Below are positions 39,422-48,376 of a stretch of 58,484 bases of DNA, piece after piece (the first letter of the stretch is position 1; each line of letters opens with the position of its first letter). Made by a program: the position numbers and the translations under genes. The DNA is from Proteiniphilum sp. Lineage in GTDB: Bacteria > Bacteroidota > Bacteroidia > Bacteroidales > Dysgonomonadaceae. Location of the stretch: positions 1 to 58,484 of the forward strand of contig WOYT01000100.1 in NCBI GenBank assembly GCA_011620695.1, read 5' to 3'. Under the pieces are notes generated by a model, which was not told where the DNA came from, made no database searches, and worked only from the letters and a program-made list of their open reading frames with translations.

Positions 39422-39690
39422 AACCATTAAAAGCTTTATTGACGTGGATCTTATTGCTTCCCGTCTATTTCTATCGGGCTGCCATCTCCCCGCTCATGCC
39501 GCCCAGCTGTCGTTACACCCCCACCTGTTCGCAATATACGATTGAAGCATTGAAGAAACATGGCCCTTTCAGAGGGTTCTACTTGTCAGCAAAACGCATA
39601 TTGAGTTGCAATCCCTGGGGAGGATCGGGTTACGATCCCGTACCGGAACCCCGCCACAGGAAAGAGAAGTCGAAAGCAGAGGAACAATAA
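39418..39690 (+). CDS. yidD: Membrane protein insertion efficiency factor
   Basis: Motifs Y...[18 protein letters not shown] and RI..CNPWGG.GYDPVP. Confidence 0.93.
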   Translation: MKPLKALLTWILLLPVYFYRAAISPLMPPSCRYTPTCSQYTIEALKKHGPFRGFYLSAKRILSCNPWGGSGYDPVPEPRHRKEKSKAEEQ

Positions 39691-39693
39691 CGT

Positions 39694-40395
39694 ATGGAAT
39701 ATTACGACGTACACACACACCAGATTTTTCTCGAGGAAAACGATGATCCCTATCACTCGTGTATCTTCGATGTTTACCCCCTTGAGTTTGAAGTAGCCAA
39801 AGAATCATACAACCGTCACGCTTTCTCCTGTGGCATCCATCCCTGGTACTCGGAAGACAGTGACACACAGATGGCCTATCTGAACGAGATCGCACCCAAC
39901 CCACGTATCATCGCCATCGGCGAAACCGGGCTGGACCGACTCAAAGGGCCCTCTTTCGAGATACAGATCCCGGTCTTCAAAAAGCATATCGAGCTGTCGG
40001 AGAGACTCCGTAAACCGGTGATTATCCACTGTGTGAAAGCATGGGAGGAGCTGATAGGGGTGAAACGTGAGACCCGCCCCACACAACCCTGGATCATCCA
40101 CGGTTATCACGGCAAGCCCGAGTTGACAGAGCGGTTGATCCGGGAGGGCTTCCTATTCTCAGTAGGTGACCAGATCAATGTGGCCTCAATGCAACTGATT
40201 CCGCTCGATGCACTCTTCTGCGAAACCGATGAGGATGAGATGTCGATCCGCGATGTGTACCAGCAGGCCGCCCGTTCACTCAACATGGACCCGGAGCAAT
40301 TCTCACTGCGCATCGCAAAGAATGTCAGAAAGATATTCCCGACACTGGAGGCGCCCAGAGCCTGGCACCCCGACCTGGAGGAGGAGTCGGAATAG
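39694..40395 (+). CDS. TatD-family hydrolase
   Basis: Motifs DVHTH, GIHPW, AIGETGLD, IIHC, IHG and ETD. Confidence 0.9.
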   Translation: MEYYDVHTHQIFLEENDDPYHSCIFDVYPLEFEVAKESYNRHAFSCGIHPWYSEDSDTQMAYLNEIAPNPRIIAIGETGLDRLKGPSFEIQIPVFKKHIELSERLRKPVIIHCVKAWEELIGVKRETRPTQPWIIHGYHGKPELTERLIREGFLFSVGDQINVASMQLIPLDALFCETDEDEMSIRDVYQQAARSLNMDPEQFSLRIAKNVRKIFPTLEAPRAWHPDLEEESE

Positions 40396-40443
40396 TTGTT
40401 TTCAAGTTGGATTTTTAACCCGGAGAGAGACTCTTCAGCTGAG

Positions 40444-41208
40444 TCAGTTATGGTTCTTATGGTTCTCCTTGATGAATGCTTCCAGTGCAGCTGCCATGGA
40501 AGGATAATCGGGCTGTGGAGCCACACAATCGAGACGCAGACCCAACTCCTGCACCGTTTTGGCTGTTGCACTGCCAAAACAGCCGATGGCCATGTCTCCC
40601 TGTTTGAAGTCAGGGAAATTGGAGAGGAGTGAATGAATGCCCAACGGGCTGAAGAAGATGATCATATCATAATCGAGCTTCTCACCCGGCTCAAATTGAT
40701 TGCTGACCGTGCGGTACATCACACTTTTGGTATAGTTGATTTTTTTTTCATCGAGGAAGTTAGAGATCTCATCGTTGTGCTCCTCCGGAACAGGTAAAAG
40801 AAACTTCTCCTTGGCATGCTTGGTGAAAGCAGTGCTGAGTCCGTCTATCTTACCGGTCTGGCTAAAAAAAATCCGCCTCTTCCGGTAAAGGATATACTTC
40901 TGCAGATAGAGCGCAACAGTCTCCGACACACAGAAATACTTCATGGTTTCGGGGATGGTAATCTTCATCTCTTCGCAAATGGAGAAAAACTTATCTACTG
41001 CGGTACGAGCTGTAAAAATTACAGCCGTGAAGTCGAGGATATTGATTCGTTGTTGCCGAAACTCTTTCAATGAGACACGTTCAACCTTGATAAAGGGGTA
41101 AAAGTGAATCTCCAGATGATACTTCTCGGCGAGATCATAATAGGGTGATTTCTCGCTGTTTGGCTTGGGTTGTGAAATCAGTATTTTTTTTACTTTCCGG
41201 GCGTTCAT
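40444..41208 (-). CDS. hemD: Uroporphyrinogen-III synthase-like protein
   Basis: Motifs KILISQPKP...KSPY, PFI.VE, YLQKYI.YRKR, MYRTVS and FFSP.GI (Bacteroidetes HemD family). Confidence 0.85.
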   Translation of the reverse strand: MNARKVKKILISQPKPNSEKSPYYDLAEKYHLEIHFYPFIKVERVSLKEFRQQRINILDFTAVIFTARTAVDKFFSICEEMKITIPETMKYFCVSETVALYLQKYILYRKRRIFFSQTGKIDGLSTAFTKHAKEKFLLPVPEEHNDEISNFLDEKKINYTKSVMYRTVSNQFEPGEKLDYDMIIFFSPLGIHSLLSNFPDFKQGDMAIGCFGSATAKTVQELGLRLDCVAPQPDYPSMAAALEAFIKENHKNHN

Positions 41209-42104
41209 ACAATATTTATTCCAGCAATATTTATCATTGAAAGGACTCCTTTATAGAGCATCAACCAGGGCGCAATTTCAGTGCCGCAAAGATACACAAA
41301 AAAATAGAACCCTCCGATTTTATTTTTAACAAAAATATTTAATAACCCGATGATTATGACCAGACGGGTGATCAGAAAAATGAGAACGAAGAAGATCAAC
41401 AGGACCTCTTTCCATTCCGGCAGGAAGATAAAACAGGCAGCCGGCAGAAACAGAACAATTCCAATCAGTCCCAGCATCCGGGTATATTGTTTGACCCAGT
41501 TTTTCAGGTCGGCGGAGAGAAAGAATGTTCCTATCAGCCTGTATGAAAGCACTTTCAAAGCTGTAAGAAACGTGACCACACCCATGATCAATACAAACAG
41601 CTCCAGTTGATTGGCAATTTCAAGTGTTGAGATCCCTTTATTCCAGAAGCCTTGAAAAACCAACATACTGACAATCATCACCGTCTGGAAAATCAAGAAA
41701 AGCTCACTCCATGCTTCGGTTGTTGTCACCTGCTCCTTTCTGACCTGGGGGGCTGATCTGCCCAGTGAAAAAAGATTCCTGAAACTGCTCTGTAAAGAGC
41801 TGCCCTCGGTACGGTAGAAGATGGCAAACAAGAGAAAGCAGAGCAGTAAGAGCAGAAAAAAGAACCCCTGTAGCAGGGGTGAATAGGGTAACGGATCGCC
41901 GGCATGAAAGCCGCTGATCATCTGCAGGGATCGGTCTGTCACTGAATCAGCCACGAAGTAAAGTCGGCTGCTGTCTGTTGGAAGATATTCAAATGCTCCG
42001 AAGTGCGGTTGCAAGGGGAGAGACATGAGAGAATCCCCTTCGGCTCTCATCAGGTGAAAGGGAAGGGGTGGAACAGTATCGGGAATGATGGTCAGTTGTC
42101 TCAT
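41205..42104 (-). CDS. DUF4271-family membrane protein
   Basis: Multiple TM helices and C-terminal YFFVYLC..EIAP, in the usual position upstream of hemD. Confidence 0.75.
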   Translation of the reverse strand: MRQLTIIPDTVPPLPFHLMRAEGDSLMSLPLQPHFGAFEYLPTDSSRLYFVADSVTDRSLQMISGFHAGDPLPYSPLLQGFFFLLLLLCFLLFAIFYRTEGSSLQSSFRNLFSLGRSAPQVRKEQVTTTEAWSELFLIFQTVMIVSMLVFQGFWNKGISTLEIANQLELFVLIMGVVTFLTALKVLSYRLIGTFFLSADLKNWVKQYTRMLGLIGIVLFLPAACFIFLPEWKEVLLIFFVLIFLITRLVIIIGLLNIFVKNKIGGFYFFVYLCGTEIAPWLMLYKGVLSMINIAGINIV

Positions 42105-42128
42105 CCTTAATCATCAGGTCACTTGCCA

Positions 42129-42136
42129 CAAAGTTA
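42129..42136 (-). promoter_or_regulatory. -7 promoter element for DUF4271-hemD, overlapping the pseudogene stop codon
   Basis: TAACTTTG on the minus strand. Confidence 0.55.
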
Positions 42137-42403
42137 CGACTCTTTTTGGGTATTCTTATCAAACATAGGGTTCCAATCGGGAAAATCTTCCAGCAGGGTG
42201 AGCACCTCCCCGGCGTTGTCAGCCACACGCCACATCTCCCGGTACGGTTCCCGCATACAACTCCTCCAGTGCACCCATCAATCCCAGCCTGCCGGCACCA
42301 TTGATACAGGTGAGCCGTTCCGGGCAAACAGTTCACCCAGACGGATAGCCGCCTGGGTATTGACCGCTCTTATCTGTTCGCTGGAGCCACAATAGACACG
42401 TAC
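42134..42403 (-). pseudogene. Degraded LOG/TIGR00730-family (Rossmann-fold nucleotide phosphoribohydrolase) gene
   Basis: Minus-strand fragments in shifting frames: VRVYCGSSEQI...AAIRLGELFARNG / TCINGAGRLGLMGALEEL / MREPYREMWRVADNAGEVLTLLEDFPDWNP...*. No start codon, and the central PGG.GT region is missing. Confidence 0.8.
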
Positions 42404-42404
42404 A

Positions 42405-43697
42405 CTATAATCCGAATTCTTTTCTGATCGTCTCCACATGATTCAGTGCCTCCCAGGTAAATAGCTCAACCTCCATCCTTATCGGGTCTTTCATATAGCG
42501 GGAGTTGAACTCCTTTTTCACTTTCTGCGGTGTACGTCCCATGTGTCCATAGGATGCCGTTTCAAAATAGATGGGATTGCGCAGCTTCAACTCTCGTTCA
42601 ATGGCGCGGGGACTCAGATCAAACATGGTGCTGATTTTTTTGGCGATCTCCCCGTCCGACAACTTCACGTTGTTCTTCCCGAAAGTGTTCACATTGACAC
42701 TGATCGGTTTCTCCACGCCGATGGCATAGGAGAGCTGAATCAACATCTCATCAGCAACACCGGCTGCCACCATGTTCTTGGCTATATAGCGGGCTGCATA
42801 GGCTGCCGACCGGTCCACTTTCGAGGGATCCTTCCCGGAGAAAGCACCCCCACCGTGCGGCGCTTTCCCGCCATAGGTGTCGACGATGATCTTCCTCCCG
42901 GTGAGACCGGTATCGCCATGGGGGCCACCAATCACGAACTTACCGGTTGGATTGACATGATAGGTAATCTCCCCCTCGAACAGTTTGTGGATATCCTTTC
43001 TCCCCCTGTATTGTGCCTTCACACGCGGGATCAGAATCGTCTTCACATCCGACCGGATGCGCGACTGCATCTTCCTGTCGGCTTCCAGCTGCGCCTCTTC
43101 GCTGTCGTTACGCGGCTGTTCGAACTCATCGTGCTGTGTAGAGATCACAATGGTATCGATGCGCTGGGGGACCCCCTCTTCGTTATACTCTACCGTCACC
43201 TGCGACTTGGCATCAGGCCTCAGGTAGGGCATGAGATCCGGCTGGTTCTTGCGGATGTTGGCCAGCTCCTGCACAAGAGCATGACTCAGGTCAATGGGCA
43301 GCGGCATGTAATTCTCCGTCTCGTTGGTGGCATAGCCAAACATCATCCCCTGGTCGCCTGCACCCTGCACCTCGGCATCCACACCGCGGTTGATATCGTC
43401 TGACTGTTCGTGGATACTGGAGAAGACGCCACAGGACTGCGCTTCAAAGCGGTATTCACTCTTGGTATAACCAACTTTTGCAATCACCTGACGTGCCACC
43501 TCCGCCACATCTACATAGGTTTTTGACTTCACTTCACCGGCAAGGACCACCTGACCGGTGGTCACCAGTGTCTCACAGGCTACCTTTGATTGGGGATCAT
43601 ATGCCAGGAACTCATCCAGCAAAGCATCCGAGATCTGATCGGCCACCTTATCGGGATGTCCTTCCGAGACCGATTCTGAGGTAAAAAGATAATTCAT
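42405..43697 (-). CDS. metK: S-adenosylmethionine synthetase
   Basis: Motifs [39 protein letters not shown] and GGGAFSGKD; start MNYLF at 43697. Confidence 0.97.
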   Translation of the reverse strand: MNYLFTSESVSEGHPDKVADQISDALLDEFLAYDPQSKVACETLVTTGQVVLAGEVKSKTYVDVAEVARQVIAKVGYTKSEYRFEAQSCGVFSSIHEQSDDINRGVDAEVQGAGDQGMMFGYATNETENYMPLPIDLSHALVQELANIRKNQPDLMPYLRPDAKSQVTVEYNEEGVPQRIDTIVISTQHDEFEQPRNDSEEAQLEADRKMQSRIRSDVKTILIPRVKAQYRGRKDIHKLFEGEITYHVNPTGKFVIGGPHGDTGLTGRKIIVDTYGGKAPHGGGAFSGKDPSKVDRSAAYAARYIAKNMVAAGVADEMLIQLSYAIGVEKPISVNVNTFGKNNVKLSDGEIAKKISTMFDLSPRAIERELKLRNPIYFETASYGHMGRTPQKVKKEFNSRYMKDPIRMEVELFTWEALNHVETIRKEFGL

Positions 43698-43860
43698 ATG
43701 ATGTAAATTTAGCAGCGGGATATTCATTCACTGACTGTTCCGTTCATTTGATCACGAAACAGTATAGGGAACAGCATTGCCCGAAAATAATTAAAATGTC
43801 AAAAAATAAATGAGGAAGACAGGGAGATCTGAGCAAGGAGGAGAAAGAGAAATGCACTTA

Positions 43861-43910
43861 TCGTTTTAGCATTTTTTTCTGTGGTTGCAAGCAGTTCAAA
43901 TCTGTCCACA
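43861..43910 (-). ncRNA. SAM-II-class riboswitch (Bacteroidetes 'long loops' type)
   Basis: Minus strand TGTGG-ACAGATTTGAACTGCTTGCAA-CCACA-GAAAAAAATGCTAAAACG shows P1 GUGG/CCAC and the GAUUU...UUGC...AAAU-GCUAAA pseudoknot signature. It lies in the metK leader just after a promoter. Confidence 0.8.
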
Positions 43911-43925
43911 TCATCTTTACGGTTG

Positions 43926-43933
43926 CAAAGGTA
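43926..43933 (-). promoter_or_regulatory. -7 promoter element for the metK leader
   Basis: TACCTTTG on the minus strand, about 15 nt upstream of the aptamer. Confidence 0.65.
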
Positions 43934-44027
43934 GCTAAATATTGGATAGGAGATGCGCAAGATTGGTTAAAAATATCATCATGCCATCGCCGTCAATAAG
44001 ATGAGACAGATGTGCTGAAGCAGACGA

Positions 44028-44666
44028 TTAGACCTGGGATGGTGCTTTCGGGGTGTCCACAGAAAGGATACCCTGCTCTTTCAGAAAGGCTTCCAGATCC
44101 ATATCGGGAGTGAGATGCACTGTATGAAATCCCAGTATCTGTGCTGTTTCGATGTTGGCAGCATTGTCATCGATAAAAAGTGACTCTTCTGCTTTGAGTC
44201 CATACCGCTCCAGCAGTATCCGGTACAATGCCGGGTCAGGTTTGACGATCTTCTCCTCTCCTGATACCACTATCCCGTCTAACAGGGAGAAAAAATCATA
44301 CCGTTTTATTGCCAGCGGAAGTGTTTCTGCCGACCAGTTGGTGAGACCATAAACCCGGTATCGCGCTTTGAGCGGTTCCACAAGCCGCACATTCTTTTCA
44401 ATGGTCCCACCCAGCATCTCATCCCATCGGCCGTAATAGTAACCGATCTCCTCGGCATACTCCGGATGTTGCTCCTGCATCTCCCGAGTGGCCTCAACGA
44501 TGGAACGACCCGCATCCTGCTTCAGGTTCCAGTCGTACCGACAGATATGGGAAAGAAAATAGTGCATCTCCTCTTCTGTCTCAAAGACCTCACGGTAGAG
44601 ATAAACCGGATTCCAGTCGATCAGCACCCCGCCAAAATCAAATACGATGTTCTTTATCTGTTTCAT
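44028..44666 (-). CDS. HAD-family phosphatase (YihX-like)
   Basis: Motifs IVFDFGGVL, LTNWS, VSGEE..KP and FIDD; true start MKQIK at 44666. Confidence 0.88.
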   Translation of the reverse strand: MKQIKNIVFDFGGVLIDWNPVYLYREVFETEEEMHYFLSHICRYDWNLKQDAGRSIVEATREMQEQHPEYAEEIGYYYGRWDEMLGGTIEKNVRLVEPLKARYRVYGLTNWSAETLPLAIKRYDFFSLLDGIVVSGEEKIVKPDPALYRILLERYGLKAEESLFIDDNAANIETAQILGFHTVHLTPDMDLEAFLKEQGILSVDTPKAPSQV

Positions 44667-44786
44667 CCTTATGCATGAGTCATTTTTCGGGCTGCAAGAT
44701 ACGGATAATTGATTGAGATCATGCACAGGATACGCATCTTTTGTGTACTTTTGCACCTTAAACAACATAAAAAAAGAGGAACAATT

Positions 44787-45906
44787 ATGATAACGGCAGA
44801 CCAACTGAAAGATGTGTTGGAGCGCGAGCAGGCGCTGAGGGGGTATCTTTGACATCGATGCAAAGACCATCCAGTTAGAAGAAGAAGAGCTACGAACCCA
44901 GTCGCCCGACTTCTGGAACGATGCCAAAGCGGCAGAAAAACAGATGAAAGTGGTGCGGGAGCTGAAATTCTGGATCAACGCCTATCAGGAGGTGAAAGCC
45001 GCGGCCGATGAGCTGCAGCTCGCTTTCGATTTTGTGAAAGAGGGCATCGTCTCGGAAGAGGAGGTTGATGCACAGTACGCCGAAGCAATCCGTCTGATCG
45101 AAGAGCTGGAGCTGAAGAACATGCTTCGGCGTGAAGAGGATAAGCTGGGAGCGGTATTGAAGATCAATGCCGGTGCCGGCGGCACCGAGAGCCAGGATTG
45201 GGCTTCCATGCTCTTTCGCATGTACCAGCGCTGGTGCGAAAGCAAGAATTACAAGACCACTGTCACCAACTGGCAGGATGGCGACGATGCCGGCATCAAA
45301 ACCGCCACGCTGCAGGTGGAGGGGGAGCTGGCCTACGGTTTCCTCAAAAGTGAGAATGGCGTACACCGACTGGTACGCGTCTCACCCTACAATGCCCAGG
45401 GAAAGCGGATGACCTCCTTTGCCTCGGTCTTTGTGGTACCACTGGTGGACGACACCATCGAGATAGAGGTGAACCCTGCCAACCTGAGCTGGGATACCTT
45501 CCGTTCCTCCGGTGCGGGTGGACAAAATGTGAACAAGGTGGAGACAGGTGTACGCCTTCACTATTTTCACAAGGATCCTGATACAGGAGAGGAGCAGGAG
45601 ATCGTGATCGAGAACACCGAGAGTCGCTCCCAGCTGGGTAACCGCGAGAATGCACTGCGACTCCTCAAGTCACAGCTCTATGAGATAGAGCTGGAGAAGC
45701 GGCGTGCCGCCCAGGCCGCTATTGAAGCAGGGAAGAAGAAGATTGAATGGGGCTCTCAGATTCGTAGTTATGTCTTTGACGACCGCCGGGTAAAGGATCA
45801 CCGCACGAACTACCAGACATCGGATGTGAACGGGGTGATGGATGGTGATCTGGATGGCTTCATCAAAGCCTACCTGATGGAGTATGGTGGCGATGCCTCC
45901 GCGTGA
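44787..45906 (+). CDS. prfB: Peptide chain release factor 2, translated through a programmed +1 frameshift
   Basis: ORF1 MITADQLKDVLEREQALRGYL ends at CTT-TGA-C (44847-44853). The +1 frame continues DIDAKTIQLEEEE into GAGGTESQDWA, RLVRVSPY, SSGAGGQNVNK and WGSQIRSYV. Confidence 0.96.
44838..44853 (+). promoter_or_regulatory. prfB frameshift cassette (internal SD + slippery CTT-TGA-C)
   Basis: AGGGGG-TAT-CTT-TGA-C. Confidence 0.92.
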
Positions 45907-46139
45907 GCAGCTTTTTCAATTCATGCATGACTCCATGGCGTATATTTATATGGCAAAATTACCGCAATTTCTTGAAAAACGTTACATTTGTAACGCTGTT
46001 TGATCACCTGCCATGTGATGAGCCCCGCGGGCTGTCTCCATGCAACAGGAAGCGACAAACAGAAATGGAAATGGTCATTTTGAAACCGAATCATCTCATG
46101 AATCTTCCGCTCCCTTCGCCGCTCCACTTTTGGAAAAGT

Positions 46140-48365
46140 ATGCTTATACTGTTGAGCTACATCCTGTCAACCACAGCTTCGGGGCAGATCAGTCACGGAG
46201 GTAAGCCACTCCCACTGGAGATCACGTCGGGGATGCGCTCTTTGTCAGATAGCAGGGAGCTGTTTGTGGAGATGCCATCCATCAGCAATGAGGCCGAATT
46301 GTGGCGCTCGGCTCAGGAGGAGTCCGGTTTCAAGAGTCTTCATTTTGCCCATAAGTTTCACCGGTTCCTCCGCCCCGACAATGCAGGCATCACATTCCAG
46401 TGGGCGAATATGAAAGTATGGCGTGTGGGCATCCGCTCAAAGGGAGCCTATTCGCTCAATATCCTCTTTTCCAGTTTCAGGCTGCCTCCCGGTGCCAGGG
46501 TTTTTGTCTTCAATGGTGATCAAACCGAGATATTGGGTTCTTTCACGGAAGAGAACAACAGCGAGCTGAATCTGCTTCCTGTTCAGCCGATTGGGGGCGA
46601 TGAGCTGATCGTGGAGTATCAGGAGCCGCTTGATGCACGCTTTCCGGGTGAGATAGAGATCGGCGAAGTGAACCATGACTTCCGGGGTATCTTCCGTGCA
46701 ACGGAACCACGTGATCCGACTCAGGATTGCCACCCCAATATTGTCTGTTACCCGGACGATATCCTCCCAGGCAGTGGTGTGGTGGGACTGATCATCAACG
46801 GAACCACCTACTGCACCGGCTCTCTCACCAACAACACGGCTGAGGATGGAACCCCTTATCTTTTAACGGCTACACACTGTCTCAACAACGATTACGATGC
46901 GCAGTTTCTCACCAACAGGAAATATGACATGATTGCGGGGACCATCGTTGCCTTTTTTCACTACCAGTCGCCACTCTGCTCTACCGACATCCGTGGTCCC
47001 CTGCAGATGACGCTGGCTTCCGCGGACTCGGTGCTGATCAGTGAAAGGCACGACATCTCACTTCTGCGTTTCAAAGATACGCCACCGGCAGCATATCAGC
47101 CCTACTACCTGGGATGGGATGCCACCTCTACACCCCGGGGAGCTTTTCACGGTGTTCACCATCCCAATGGGGGAATCAAAAAGGTGGCAATCGAGGAGGG
47201 ATCATTGTCCATCACCTCTTTCCCGGGTACAAAGTATAACATAGAACCCAACGCCCACTGGGCGGTGAATGGATGGGATACCGGTGCCACCGAGGGAGGC
47301 TCATCCGGCTCCCCCCTACTCGAAAGTAATAAGCGAATAGTAGGCACCCTGACCGGCGGTGTGTCGATGTGTACATCGCCACGCGGACCGGATCAGTATG
47401 CTTCACTCAGCAGATTCTGGAACGTTGAGGGCTCTATTGACAACCCCAACCCCATTCACCACTACCTGGACCCCGCCGCAACACAAGCCATGCAGCTGGG
47501 AGGTTATCAGCCACATGCCGACAACCCATACACCAGAAGCATGAACTTTGGCAGTGATGAGAAACCGGTAGAGACGCTCTATCAGTCGGTGCCGATGTTC
47601 GCCACCAACAATGCTTTTGGATACGCTGAGTTCGCGGAGGAGTACCATTCCGGGGAAACGGTTCTGCTGGAGGGTGTGTTTATCTCTTCACCCGCAATCA
47701 GTAACATGCTCAACAATGAGATCAGGATCAGGATCTACACAGGAGAGGAGATGCCGACGCAGCTGATCTATGAGCAACCATACAGTTACAGCTATCGCTA
47801 TTATGGGAGCAACAACTTCTCCTTTGCTTCGCGTAACATGAATTACAGTGTGGAGAACTACATCTCATTTGACACACCGGTATCGTTATCGGGAACTTTT
47901 TATATCTCCTATTACGATGCGAACGGCACAACAGAGGGATTTACCGTTTTCAACGCGGAACCGAGGCCGATTGGTTCAGGAAAGGTATCCACAACCTGGA
48001 TAAGGAGCAGCAAGGGGTGGGAACGCTCGTCTGAAAACATCGAGAACCCAATGAATACATCACTGTTGATTTCCCCCTATGTGATTGGAGATAAAAACGT
48101 CTCGGTGCGTCCCGCCGTGAGGGAGGATCCGGAGATCCTGGCCTATTATTCCAAAGAGGTTAATCGCATTCTGATTGAATCGGACAATGAACTGCTGGAA
48201 TGGGAGCTCTTTTATGTATCGGGACAAAAGATCCGCCAGGGGAGAGCAGACAAGAGCATAAACAGGACCTCACTCCCTGCGGCACAACTTCCCAAAGGGG
48301 TCTATATCGTCCGGGTTAAAACGGTGGATGGCACGCAAACCGCCAGAAAGGTGCTGGTACAGTAG
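46140..48365 (+). CDS. Trypsin-like (lysyl-endopeptidase type) serine protease with T9SS C-terminal sorting domain; start uncertain (46098 or 46140)
   Basis: Propeptide, then CTGSL.NN, LTATHC (His), DISLL (Asp), HHP.G..KK and TEGGSSGSP (Ser); C-terminus LPKGVYIVRV...ARKVLVQ. Confidence 0.85.
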   Translation: MLILLSYILSTTASGQISHGGKPLPLEITSGMRSLSDSRELFVEMPSISNEAELWRSAQEESGFKSLHFAHKFHRFLRPDNAGITFQWANMKVWRVGIRSKGAYSLNILFSSFRLPPGARVFVFNGDQTEILGSFTEENNSELNLLPVQPIGGDELIVEYQEPLDARFPGEIEIGEVNHDFRGIFRATEPRDPTQDCHPNIVCYPDDILPGSGVVGLIINGTTYCTGSLTNNTAEDGTPYLLTATHCLNNDYDAQFLTNRKYDMIAGTIVAFFHYQSPLCSTDIRGPLQMTLASADSVLISERHDISLLRFKDTPPAAYQPYYLGWDATSTPRGAFHGVHHPNGGIKKVAIEEGSLSITSFPGTKYNIEPNAHWAVNGWDTGATEGGSSGSPLLESNKRIVGTLTGGVSMCTSPRGPDQYASLSRFWNVEGSIDNPNPIHHYLDPAATQAMQLGGYQPHADNPYTRSMNFGSDEKPVETLYQSVPMFATNNAFGYAEFAEEYHSGETVLLEGVFISSPAISNMLNNEIRIRIYTGEEMPTQLIYEQPYSYSYRYYGSNNFSFASRNMNYSVENYISFDTPVSLSGTFYISYYDANGTTEGFTVFNAEPRPIGSGKVSTTWIRSSKGWERSSENIENPMNTSLLISPYVIGDKNVSVRPAVREDPEILAYYSKEVNRILIESDNELLEWELFYVSGQKIRQGRADKSINRTSLPAAQLPKGVYIVRVKTVDGTQTARKVLVQ

Positions 48366-48376
48366 CGCACCTTTGC

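Noticed and set aside
41989-42395. Track ORFs 41989-42336 (-) and 42123-42395 (+)
   Set aside because: Artefacts over the LOG pseudogene and the DUF4271 start
44667-44978. N-terminal extensions in the ORF track (HAD from 44978, recG from 25249, trmD from 30445, rfbA from 29738, rsmD from 17842, protease from 45903)
   Set aside because: They overlap neighbouring genes or promoters, and family motifs begin at downstream ATGs
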